From the NCBI GenBank assembly GCA_963771465.1, contig CAVYTU010000018.1, positions 96,001 through 160,000 on the forward strand: a stretch of DNA of 64,000 nucleotides, read 5' to 3'. The notes under the pieces are model-generated. The model did not search any database. It was not told where the DNA came from and saw only the letters and a program-made list of their open reading frames with translations. Shown one piece after another: positions 1 to 9,078 of the stretch. Source of the DNA: an uncultured delta proteobacterium. Its GTDB lineage: Bacteria > Desulfobacterota > Binatia > UBA9968. Both the position numbers and the translations under genes were made by a program. How positions within the stretch are numbered: position 1 is the first letter of the stretch; the number at the start of each line of letters is the position of its first letter.

Positions 1-578
1 TCGGCGCGGCCTTGGACGACGGCATCGACACCTTCGTTGACAGCAGGCACTGGCACGACTTTAACATCTTCCCATGCGATTCCCGCGCTCGCCAGCGCCG
101 CGTAGCCGTGATACCAAATCGCAATGTTCGCCGGATACTCGCCGGTAACGCGCTTGCCTTTGACTTCCTGGACGCTCTTTACGCCGTCTTTTTTGGCGAC
201 GAGGCCGATGAACAGCGGCGAGCCGCGCATGATCAGTCGAGCATTGGGTACATGGGGCAGCGGATTCTTGCCGCCGATCTTGAGCTTTGCCGGCCCTTGA
301 TAGGCGAGATTGGATTCGACCGCGTTGATGATGGCAAAGTCTAGTTCACCGCTGTCGAGCAGCGGTAACAGGGTGCTGGTGCCGGTATAAGGCTGCACCA
401 TCGACTGCATCGGTCCCGCGCCGCTGATCACTTTCGCCAAACCAGCGCCGACAGCGTAGAACACGGTGCCGGCGGGGTTGGTGCCGACGGTAACCGAAGC
501 AGGGAGTTTTTGCGCGTTGACCGCGGCACGGCCGAGCGAGAGTGCCATGATCATTAGCGCGAGAATTTTTATCTTCAT
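1..578 (-). CDS. TAXI-family TRAP transporter solute-binding protein (C-terminus runs off the window edge)
   Basis: Not in the ORF track. Translated by hand from ATG at 578: MKIKILALMIMAL...SVTVGTNPAGTVFYAVGAGLAKVI...KGKRVTGEYPA. Signal peptide present; clear paralogue of 649..1674. Confidence 0.88.
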   Translation of the reverse strand, partial: MKIKILALMIMALSLGRAAVNAQKLPASVTVGTNPAGTVFYAVGAGLAKVISGAGPMQSMVQPYTGTSTLLPLLDSGELDFAIINAVESNLAYQGPAKLKIGGKNPLPHVPNARLIMRGSPLFIGLVAKKDGVKSVQEVKGKRVTGEYPANIAIWYHGYAALASAGIAWEDVKVVPVPAVNEGVDAVVQGRA

Positions 579-648
579 AATATCCCCCTGTTGTTGTCTA
601 GCTTTTAGCGTTAATCGGAAAGCCAGACGATAGACTCTGAATTCTCGT

Positions 649-1674
649 TTACGGTTTCCACGCCAGCAATCTCTTTTGCACATCATCCATCTTTGCCGGC
701 CAGGCGCCCGCGTCTTTAAAATAGCGAACCGCAGCCGGATGGTAGGGAATCGTGACCTCCGGATCGACGGCGCGCGCTTTGGTCCACTCGACAAAGCCGG
801 GATGGAATTGCGGCAGCTTGTCGATGTTGACCCAAATCGCTTGCAGCACGCTGCGCACCACGGGATCGGGGAGTTTCGCATGGCCGACTAAATAGATATC
901 GTAGGTGTAGGCGCAGAGGTCTTGGAGTATTCCAGACGACGAGCCGCCTTTGACGGTGGATAAGTAATAGCCTGGTACCGCTTTCTTGATTCTTTCTTCA
1001 CCGAGCTTAGAACAATCCAAAGACAAGAATCGAATGCCAACGGCGGCATCGGCTTCCTTCAGTTTCGCCGAGCCGAAGGCGTGCGTCGTCACGTCGGCGC
1101 GGCCCTGGATGAGCGCGTCGACGCCTTCGTTGACGGCGGGCACGGGCACGACTTTAACATCGTTCCAGGTAAGTCCGGCGTTCGAGAGCGAAGCGTACAT
1201 GTTGTACCAGACCGCTAGCTGAGCGGGATACTCGCCGGTAACGCGTTTGCCTTTGACGTCAGCCAGAGTTTTGATCGGCGCATCTTTTCTGACGACAAAA
1301 CTGCTGCGCAGCGGCGCGCCGCGCATGATCAAACGCGAGCTGGCCACATGAGGAAAGGGATTTTTGCCACCGACCTTGTAGTTCACACCGCGGTAAACCA
1401 TGCCCATATCGACCGCGTTGACGACGCCAAAGTCGAGCTCGCCGCTGTCGAACAGCGGCACGAACGTGCTGGTGCCGGCGTGGGGCTGCACTTGCGCCTG
1501 GATCGATGCCGCATCGCTGATAACTTTCGCCAATCCGCTGGCGAGCGCATAGAACAGCGAGCCCGGCGGGTTCGAGCCGACGTTGACGGACTTGGGTAGC
1601 TGCTGGGCGTGAGTGCTTGTGGTGACGAGTAAAAACAAAATCGCGATCAAGCTAGGCATAAAATTTCGACGCAT
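649..1674 (-). CDS. TAXI-family TRAP transporter solute-binding protein
   Basis: Signal peptide MRRNFMPSLIAILFLLVTTSTHA; GSNPPGSLFYALASGLA and IPYHPAAVRYFKDAG are TAXI motifs. AAGGAGG RBS precedes ATG at 1674. Confidence 0.9.
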   Translation of the reverse strand: MRRNFMPSLIAILFLLVTTSTHAQQLPKSVNVGSNPPGSLFYALASGLAKVISDAASIQAQVQPHAGTSTFVPLFDSGELDFGVVNAVDMGMVYRGVNYKVGGKNPFPHVASSRLIMRGAPLRSSFVVRKDAPIKTLADVKGKRVTGEYPAQLAVWYNMYASLSNAGLTWNDVKVVPVPAVNEGVDALIQGRADVTTHAFGSAKLKEADAAVGIRFLSLDCSKLGEERIKKAVPGYYLSTVKGGSSSGILQDLCAYTYDIYLVGHAKLPDPVVRSVLQAIWVNIDKLPQFHPGFVEWTKARAVDPEVTIPYHPAAVRYFKDAGAWPAKMDDVQKRLLAWKP

Positions 1675-1837
1675 GAAACCTCCTTGGTCAAATCGGCGGC
1701 CACTGTAATGCGAACCGGAGACAGCGTCAATGATTTTTGTCGAAGAGTTTGAAGGCGAAACAATTCTGAAAGTTGAATGCAAGGCCGACGTTTGACCGGT
1801 TTTTGAGTTATTACGACTCTCTGAACCTTCAGTCTTT

Positions 1838-2996
1838 TCATTTCCCCCACAACTCCTTTGTCGCCAGCCGGGCGCCTTCGGCCATCGCTTCGAACTTGGC
1901 CCAGCAGATCTGTGCGCTGCCGACTCTCGGGCCGAGGCCGCAGTCGGTGCCGGCCATGACGTTTTCTCGGCCGACGATCTTGGCGTAGCGAACTAGATCG
2001 ATCGGCGATCGCTTGCGGATGCTCGACGATGTCGGTGGCGTGGCCAACGACGCCGGGTACGAGCACTTTGCCGGCGGGCAGTTTTACTTCCTCCCAGACG
2101 CGCCACTCGTGCTCGTGGCGCGGGTTGGCGGCTTCGATGGAAATCGTGTTGGCTTTGACTTTAAGAATGATGTCGATGATGTCGCGCAACGGGATGTCGT
2201 ATTTATGCGGGCCGTGGTAGCTGCCCCAACAGGTATGGAAGCGAATCCGATCGGGCGGGATGTCGCGCAGACAATGGTTGAGTGCGTCGACTCTCAGCTC
2301 GGCGTACTTGCGATATTCCGGCACGGTCATCTTCGACATGAACTGCCATCCATCCGGCAAATCAGGATCGTCGATCTGCAGCAAAAAGCCGGCGTCGACG
2401 ATCGCCTTGTATTCTTCATGCATGGCGTCGGCGATGGCGACGAGATACGTTTCGTCGTTCGGGTAGTAATCATTTTTCATCCAGTGTTCGATGGTGCCCG
2501 GCGCGATCGCAGGAAGAAATGCTTCTTCGTATTTCTGGCCATGCAAGCCGGCCTTGAAGTCGGCGATTTCCGCTTTCAATGATTCATCGCCGATGTATTT
2601 GAGCGGCGCGTTACAAAACACCCGTTTGATGTTGTCGCCGCGATGGTAAGTTCGCGCTGCGAAATAGTCGCTGAACTCGGTTAGATCTCTGGCATAGATC
2701 GTCGAAGCTTGGTCGCTCGCTGTTACGTCACGTTCGACGAAGCCGCTCAGCCGATCGCGCGCGTAACGGGAGAAATTCGACTTGCCGACTTCGCCGTCGT
2801 TAATAATATCGAGGCCGCAGGCGATTTGCTTCTTGACGACGTCCGCGACGGCGCCGCGCACTCGCGTGGTGAACGCGTCCTGATCGATGGGCTTACCCGC
2901 TACTTGATCGTTGTGCATCTCCTTCAAATCCGCCGGCTGCGGCAGTGCGCCGGCGTGGGTGGTTAGGATTCGGTCAGTGCTGTATTTCATTGACAT
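1838..2996 (-). CDS. Cobalamin-independent methionine synthase II (MetE C-terminal-like / epoxyalkane:CoM transferase-like) family protein; +1 frameshift near 1997
   Basis: ILTTHAGALP, DIINDGE, LQIDDP, Zn ligands HTCWG...E...GTDCG. The C-terminus LVRYAKIVGRENVMAGTDCG continues in ORF 1838..2047. Confidence 0.88.
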
Positions 2997-3009
2997 TCCT
3001 TCCTTCTAA

Positions 3010-3058
3010 CGTTTTGAACCGTTCAAGGCTTTCTAAAAGTTCAAGCCGTTCGAGTCGT
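3010..3058. repeat. Degenerate 9-bp periodic intergenic repeat (GTTCAAGCC type)
   Basis: cgttttgaaccgttcaaggctttctaaaagttcaagccgttcgagtcgt; related to 7848..7879. Confidence 0.45.
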
Positions 3059-3076
3059 ATGCCGAAAGTAACAACG

Positions 3077-4070
3077 TCAGCGCAGAGTTTCCGCGACTTT
3101 TAGCGCGAAACTGAAATCGAAGACGCGTTCGGGTGGCGCGATCTCCTTGGGTTTGATGCGTTGCGCGGCGACGGCGATCATTTCGCGCTGAAGCTTTTCG
3201 TCGACGGCGCCCGATTGCAGATAGTACTGCAGCGCCGCGTCGTAAATACGGTCCGCGAATCGATCGCGGTCCTTGCCTAGATCGAGGTAAGGCCCTTTGA
3301 TGAATTCCATAGCAAATTTTTTGTCGCTTCGAATCAGGCGCAGTGCTCGCTGGGTTGCGCGAATCATTTTGCTGACAAGTTCTGGCCGCTCCGAAATGGT
3401 ACGCTTTGGTCGTTGTCAGCCCGCCTTGCACGGCGCGGTAAACATCCGCGCCGGCGGCGAGCTTGCGAAAACCTTCGTCGACGGCGAGAAAGGTCTGCGG
3501 GATCTGCAGCATGGTGGCGTCGATGGTGCCGGCCTTCAATGCGACGTAAAGCACGTCGCTCGTGCCCAAGGGCAAAAACGTGACTTGTTCCGTCGGAACC
3601 TTGTTGGCGAGAAAAATCTGCCGGGCGAGAATTTCGGCCAGGGCACCGAACGCGGTAATGCCGAGCTTTTTGCCGCGCATTTGTTGGAGGTTGGCGATGC
3701 TTGGCGCGGCGATCAGATCGAAGGACGGTTTGTCGGTCAATGCAAAGACGACCCTAACATCGATGCCATTTACCGCCGCCGCGACGGCAGTTCCCGTCGC
3801 CGTGCCGAAATCGATGCCGCCCGCCAACATCGCCGGTATGGTTTGAGCCGCCTTGATGAAAATGAGCTCAGGCTCCAGACCCTCTTCGCGAAAGTAACCG
3901 CGGTCGCGGGCGATGATAAAAGGCATGTCCAGGATGCTGCGCGAAACATAGCCGATGCGCACCGGAGCCAACTTGGCTGATTTCTCGGCGGCCTGGAGGC
4001 CTTCGGGCATACTCAGGAGAACGCAAAGTATCGTGCACAACGCGGCTAGGATTGTTTTCGTGTATCGCAT
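3077..4070 (-). CDS. ABC transporter substrate-binding protein, NMT1/SsuA/THI5 type; +1 frameshift near 3401
   Basis: Signal peptide; VRIGYVS...GYFREEGLEPEL...GKKLGITAFG. The C-terminal half is in ORF 3077..3367 (MIRATQRAL...VFDFSFALKV). Confidence 0.85.
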
Positions 4071-4102
4071 GAGTCGTACTCCGATCCTTGGGATTGGGAT
4101 GG

Positions 4103-4126
4103 GAACTCGAAACTCAAGACTCAAAC
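4103..4126. repeat. Short 7-bp tandem repeat (GAAACTC type) after a stop codon
   Basis: gaactc-gaaactc-aagactc-aaact; a reverse-complement relative lies at 41352..41383. Confidence 0.4.
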
Positions 4127-4130
4127 TTTC

Positions 4131-4796
4131 TTAGGCGTAAGCGTCGTAGATGCCGTCGAACTTGGCGATCTTGAAGCGCACCATGTTTTTTGCGGCGATG
4201 CGCACCATTTCTTGCTCGCGGTCGGTGTTGGCGAAGCGCGCGATGGTGTCCGCCGCCATGGCGGTGTGTTCCTTGTCGACTTTGCCGTGAACGGTGAAAA
4301 AGGTGCGCGCCCGGCTGTCGAGGCCGTAGTGTTTTTCCAACGAAGCGTCGAATTCGTCGGAGTAGCGCTGCACCATGGTTTCATTCACCAGGGCGCCGGC
4401 GCGGGTTTCCGCCGGCGCGCCGACGAACATGCCGCGGATGATCGCCGCGGTGTGGGCGACGCACTCAAAGATCATGATGCCGTCGTCGAAGTCTTTTTCG
4501 CTGAGCCCGATCGCCAATCCGAAGCGCTTCATCAATCCGGGATGAGACTGCTCCTCGGTAAATAGTTCACAGAACTGCTCGTACATCGGTTGGTTGTTGG
4601 CATTACGAACCATTAGAAACGCCAGCCCTTTGTTGATCACATGATTCGACAGGTAATGTTGCACGGCGAAACCTTGCAGGCGTTTTTTTGATAGCTTGCC
4701 GGCGCCGAGCTCGGTGAAGAAACGCGTGGTCATCAACTGATCCACACCCGGACTGATGATCTCGCGCATGACGCTTTCGACGAATTGGTTAGACAT
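4131..4796 (-). CDS. Iron-containing redox enzyme, haem-oxygenase-like diiron (CADD/PqqC/TenA-fold) protein
   Basis: F..QHY near the N-terminus; candidate ligands E82-H85 (EEQSH), E139 and H170-D174-H177 (VHGKVDKEH), as in CADD-type HDOs. Confidence 0.82.
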   Translation of the reverse strand: MSNQFVESVMREIISPGVDQLMTTRFFTELGAGKLSKKRLQGFAVQHYLSNHVINKGLAFLMVRNANNQPMYEQFCELFTEEQSHPGLMKRFGLAIGLSEKDFDDGIMIFECVAHTAAIIRGMFVGAPAETRAGALVNETMVQRYSDEFDASLEKHYGLDSRARTFFTVHGKVDKEHTAMAADTIARFANTDREQEMVRIAAKNMVRFKIAKFDGIYDAYA

Positions 4797-4948
4797 AGGC
4801 TTTCCCTAATAAAAGATTTTGTAAGCGAACAGTGGCAGAGGGACGGTTAGACTGTCAAGCGGCGATGACGGCGACCGCGCTTGATTGACAGGTACCGTCG
4901 AGACGACTAAAAGTTCATGGAACTCTATCCTTTCCATCGGAGCCGATC

Positions 4949-5791
4949 ATGCCCATAGCGAAGTTAGCTGATCTTGAAATTTACTACGAACAGCAGGGTA
5001 GCGGCGACGCGATGTTGCTCGCGCCGGCTTCCTGGTGGCCGTCGGATACTTGGAACGTCGGCGTGGTGCCGTTCCTGTCGAGGCGATTTAAAACGATCAG
5101 CTTCGATTGCCGCGGCACGGGCCGGAGTGGTCAGCCCAACGACGGCTACACCGTTAGTCAATTCGCCAATGATTGCATCGCGTTGCTCGCGCACTTGAAA
5201 ATCTCCCGCTGCCACGCGGTGGGCTTCGCTCTCGGCGGGCAGATCGGGCAGGCGATGGCGATTGCGCGGCCTGATGTCGTGGCGACGCTGACGATCGCCG
5301 CGTCGGGAGCAGGCGCAAAAACGCTCGCGGGCGGACAGAGGAGTTTGTCGCCGGATACGGCGCGAGAAATTCACGCCAGCGGATTCGAGCGCTACATCCG
5401 CAACTACATCGAGAACGACACCATGGCTTTCAATGCCAAATTTTATCGCGAACATGGCGCGGTGGTGGCGGCCTTGGCAGATGCCGTGTGGTCGGGGCAA
5501 AGCACGGTGGAGATGTTTCGCCGCCACGAAGACGCGCGGCTTACCTGGGACACGCTGGCAAAAGCGGCCGAGGTCAAAGTGCCGACATTGATTCTCTGCG
5601 GCGCCGACGATGACGTGAGCCGGCGCGGCAGCACGCCGGTCGGCACCGCGCGGCGTTTAGCCGAACTGACGCCCGGCGCCGAGCTATGCTTGATTCCCGA
5701 CACCAAGCATATGACGTTCTGGGACGGTAATGGCGGGCTGATCGCGCTGGAAGATTTCTTGCTGCGCCATCCGATCGATTCAAACCGGTAA
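4949..5791 (+). CDS. Alpha/beta-hydrolase-fold protein with Ala at the nucleophile position (RutD-like)
   Basis: IYYEQQGSG, FDCRGTGRS, elbow G-F-A-L-G-G, VPTLILCG.DD, C-terminal KHM His. Confidence 0.85.
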   Translation: MPIAKLADLEIYYEQQGSGDAMLLAPASWWPSDTWNVGVVPFLSRRFKTISFDCRGTGRSGQPNDGYTVSQFANDCIALLAHLKISRCHAVGFALGGQIGQAMAIARPDVVATLTIAASGAGAKTLAGGQRSLSPDTAREIHASGFERYIRNYIENDTMAFNAKFYREHGAVVAALADAVWSGQSTVEMFRRHEDARLTWDTLAKAAEVKVPTLILCGADDDVSRRGSTPVGTARRLAELTPGAELCLIPDTKHMTFWDGNGGLIALEDFLLRHPIDSNR

Positions 5792-5806
5792 TTTTCCGTT
5801 TGAGCT

Positions 5807-5875
5807 GCAAGCCCGTCTCGCGCTACAAGCAGAAACGGAATTGAATTGCGCAAAGGGCGGCCGGCCGGTCGCCCC
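5807..5875. repeat. Degenerate GTAG-type REP-like palindrome pair between the tandem hydrolase genes
   Basis: gggcggccggccggtcgccc at 5855..5874 is a near-perfect palindrome. The minus strand reads tgtagcgcgagacgggcttgc at 5807..5827. Confidence 0.4.
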
Positions 5876-5921
5876 AGCGTCAGCAGGAACAACAATTGAC
5901 AAAAACTATTACGAGGGAGCG

Positions 5922-6758
5922 ATGCCAACGGCGGATTTGGGCGAGGTAAAGATTTACTACGAAAGCCAAGGCGGCGGTGAAGCGGTGCTGCTCTGTCCGC
6001 CGTCGTGGTGGCCGAGCGATACTTGGAATGTCGGTGTCGTGCCGTTTCTCGCCAAACGTTTTCGCACGATCATTTTTGACTGCCGCGGCACCGGCCATTC
6101 GAGCAAGCCGGATCACGGTTACACCATCGAGCAGTTCGCCCAAGATTGTGCCGGGCTGTTGGAGCAATTGAAAATTTCACGCTGCCACGCGGTGGGATTC
6201 GCTCTTGGAGGGCAAATCGCGCAGGCGTTAGCGATCGAGCGTCCCGATTTGGTCGCGACCCTGACCATCGCCGCCGTCGGCGCCGGCACCAAAGCGACGG
6301 ACGGCGGCCCGCGGGTGATTCGCAACACCGACGAAGAAGAGATTCGCGAACATGGCTTTGAGCAGTTCATTCGCGGCCATGTCGAAAACACCCATATGGC
6401 GTTCAATGCGAAATTCTTCGCTGAGCATCACGACGTTGTCGACGCGCTGTCGGACGCTTTGTGGCGGCGTCAGACGAGCCCGGAGCAGCATCGTTATCAC
6501 TACGAGGCGCGGCGCACGTGGGATACTTTGGGTAGCGCGCCAAAGGTGAAAGTGCCGACGCTGATCCTTTGCGGCGCCGGCGACGACGTCAATCGCGGCG
6601 GCAGCACGCCCGTCGGCACGGCGCGTAAGCTTGGGGAGTTGGTACCGGGCTGCGAGCTTGCGCTGGTGCCTGACGTGAAGCATATGACGTTTTGGGATGG
6701 CGACGGCGCGCTCCACGCGCTGCAAGCGTTCTTGACGCGACATCCGATCGGAAGCTGA
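5922..6758 (+). CDS. Alpha/beta-hydrolase-fold protein with Ala at the nucleophile position, tandem paralogue
   Basis: ATG at 5922 after GAGGGAG. Shares SWWPSDTWNVGVVPFL, HAVGFALGGQI and KHMTFWDG with 4949..5791. Confidence 0.85.
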   Translation: MPTADLGEVKIYYESQGGGEAVLLCPPSWWPSDTWNVGVVPFLAKRFRTIIFDCRGTGHSSKPDHGYTIEQFAQDCAGLLEQLKISRCHAVGFALGGQIAQALAIERPDLVATLTIAAVGAGTKATDGGPRVIRNTDEEEIREHGFEQFIRGHVENTHMAFNAKFFAEHHDVVDALSDALWRRQTSPEQHRYHYEARRTWDTLGSAPKVKVPTLILCGAGDDVNRGGSTPVGTARKLGELVPGCELALVPDVKHMTFWDGDGALHALQAFLTRHPIGS

Positions 6759-6806
6759 TTGTTGAGTACGGCAACGATGAAGATAGGAATATTGGCGGGA
6801 GGCGAA

Positions 6807-7829
6807 ATGATGAGAATGAAGGCTCCGTTGCTCATTGTTGCCATGATGGTGCTATGGGCGGGGCAAACTATTGCTCAAGTCGCGAACCCGGACCTTATCG
6901 CGCAGGCGAAGAAGGAAGGGCGGGTCACTTGGTACACGACCGTGTCTATTCCCGAGAGCAAGCAGTTCATGGATATGTTTGAAAAGCAGTATCCATTTAT
7001 CAAAGTCGACCTGCTGCGCTCGGGCTCCGGCGCGTTGGTCAATCGAATCATCAGCGAGTATGCCGCGAAAAATTACGTCGCCGATGTCTTGCACGGCATG
7101 TCCAGTCGCGGCGGATTCACCGCCCTCAAGCAAAGAAATATTATTGGCCGTTATGAGTCGCCTGAGCATAAATATCTTCCCGCCGATATGAAGGACAAAG
7201 CGGGTTACTGGGCATCGACGTTTCAAAATACTTTTGTGCTGGCCTACAACAACAGAAATGTGAAACCGGCGGACGTGCCGCGCAGCTACGACGACTTGCT
7301 CAAACCGATGTGGAAAGGGCGGCAGATATTCAACGACACGGATAACTTCGAGTGGTTCGACGGCCTGCTCAAATTCTGGGGCAAAGAGAAAGGGCTCGCT
7401 TACTTTCGCCGGCTGGCGGCGCAAGACCAGATATTTCAGCGCGGCGCTCGCGGCCGAATTCAGCTCGTTGCCGCCGGTGAAGCGCCGTTGGCCTTCGGCT
7501 ATGGGCCGCACGCGCAGAGCTTCGTCAATCAGGGCGCGCCCATCGATTGGGTGGCCTTGGAGCCGGTCGTGGTCATCGTCAACACGGTCAGCATTGCGCA
7601 GCGCGCGCCGCATCCGGCAGCGGCGAAATTGCTAATCGACTTTCTGTTTTCCAAGGCGGCGCAGCTGAAACTGCGCGAACTCAGCCGCATCCCTTCGCGG
7701 AGCGATGTCGAACCCGATCCGCCGCGCCTGATCAAGGGATTCAAGAAAGTCGTTCAGGACATCGAGAACGATACCATGGCCGAATCGATCAAATTGTTCC
7801 AGCAGACTTTCGGTCTCGCTCCCGGTTGA
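6807..7829 (+). CDS. Extracellular solute-binding protein, Fe3+/thiamine ABC type (AfuA/FbpA-like)
   Basis: Signal peptide; AKKEGRVTWYT, LAYN, P.SYDDLL.P.WKG, APHPAAAKLLIDFLFS. Confidence 0.88.
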   Translation: MMRMKAPLLIVAMMVLWAGQTIAQVANPDLIAQAKKEGRVTWYTTVSIPESKQFMDMFEKQYPFIKVDLLRSGSGALVNRIISEYAAKNYVADVLHGMSSRGGFTALKQRNIIGRYESPEHKYLPADMKDKAGYWASTFQNTFVLAYNNRNVKPADVPRSYDDLLKPMWKGRQIFNDTDNFEWFDGLLKFWGKEKGLAYFRRLAAQDQIFQRGARGRIQLVAAGEAPLAFGYGPHAQSFVNQGAPIDWVALEPVVVIVNTVSIAQRAPHPAAAKLLIDFLFSKAAQLKLRELSRIPSRSDVEPDPPRLIKGFKKVVQDIENDTMAESIKLFQQTFGLAPG

Positions 7830-7847
7830 TTTCAACCGGGCTCACAA

Positions 7848-7879
7848 TGTTCAAATCGTTCAAGCTGTTCAATTCGTCT
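7848..7879. repeat. 9-bp periodic repeat (GTTCAAATC type)
   Basis: gttcaaatc-gttcaagct-gttcaattc-gt, just after the stop of 6807..7829. Confidence 0.5.
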
Positions 7880-7986
7880 GAAGAGAAGATCTCGGGGGAG
7901 TTTGGATGCCGACAACACGCGCCGCTCATTGCCGGCGCTGAGTTAGCGCTGAAACCGGGCGTGCGACATATTTCGAACATTCGGTT

Positions 7987-8067
7987 TCACCACGAAGCTC
8001 ACGAAGGACACGAAGGTTTCGGAAAATTAACTCTCCGACCTTCGTCTCTTCGTGTCCTTCGTGGTGA
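7987..8067. repeat. Palindromic element with 9-bp periodic arms (CACGAAGGA)n...(TCCTTCGTG)n, copy 1
   Basis: tcaccacgaagctcacgaaggacacgaagg...ccttcgtctcttcgtgtccttcgtggtga, between convergent genes. Confidence 0.85.
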
Positions 8068-8075
8068 GAGGTTCT

Positions 8076-8934
8076 TTAAGCAAACTTCGCCGTCGCCGTC
8101 ATCGCTACATTGCCCGCGCCGTCCAGCGCCCACAATGCCGCAGCTCTACCGTCCGGGTTCGGCGTTCCATTGAGCATGACTTTGCCGCCGGTGTCATAAA
8201 CCGAACGTAAATTTTGAAAATCGAATTGAGTCATGCGCTTTGCCGGTAACTCTCGTCGGCACATTTCCATCAGCAATTGCGAGATCAGCGAGCTTTGCAC
8301 GACTAAGCCCGGCAGTTTCTCGACTTTGGTGACGTAGTCGCGATCGTAGTGAATGCGGTGGCTATTGAACCTTATCGCCGAGAAGCGAAACAGCAGCGGC
8401 GTATTGGGCTCGATCACTTGCTGCCACTGTGCGCTGGGCGGAACGTTCGGCGAACTCTTGGGCGCGGCATCGGCTCGCGCTTCGCTGAGCATGACCATGT
8501 CGCGCTCCTCGACGACGCACAGGCCGCGGCTGGGTGGACAGGCTGTTGCGCTCGATGATCGTCGCTTGAGCGCCGTTCGGGCCGTCGTCGATTTGAATAT
8601 CGGCGATCTCGGTCTTGCGGCTGATCTCGTCGCCGATTCTTAACGGCTCATGAAACGCGACGCGGGTGCCGCCGATGCGCCGGCGCGGCAGCGGTATCGC
8701 CGGCATGAAACCTCCACCGGACGCTTGTCCGTCCTCACGCATCTTGTTGGGCCGGTGCGACGCAGGAAAGAATCCGCCGTACCAACCCGGGGGAATCGGC
8801 GAACCTTTTTCCAGCGGCGGATTTTCCAGTCCCAACGTTGCGGCGAACTTCACCATCGCCGACGCCGTCACCACGTCCGTCGCGGTTTCGCTTTTGCCGA
8901 TATAGCTTTTGAAACTTTCTAAAGATTCAGCCAT
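8076..8934 (-). CDS. Double hot-dog MaoC/FAS1-type acyl-CoA hydratase (mesaconyl-C4/itaconyl-CoA hydratase-like); +1 frameshift near 8533
   Basis: N-half PPGW...DGQ...PLPRRRIGG...PLRIGD; C-half LLFRFSAIRFNSHRIHYDRDY...LPGLVVQ. GGAGG RBS before ATG at 8934. Confidence 0.82.
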
Positions 8935-9078
8935 TGGGATTGCCTCCACATGTTTTTCTTCATGACACTAATTCGCCGCGGATCACTGTGTCAAGTTGAG
9001 AATGAACTTCAATCTCGGTAGCTCGGAGAATGTTATTTGACAAGGCTAATATCGCTGATTCGCAACGATGACGGAGAT

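Noticed and set aside
7987-8067. CRISPR array interpretation of the short repeats
   Set aside because: Units are 7-9 bp, tandem or inverted, with no unique 30-40 bp spacers and no cas genes.
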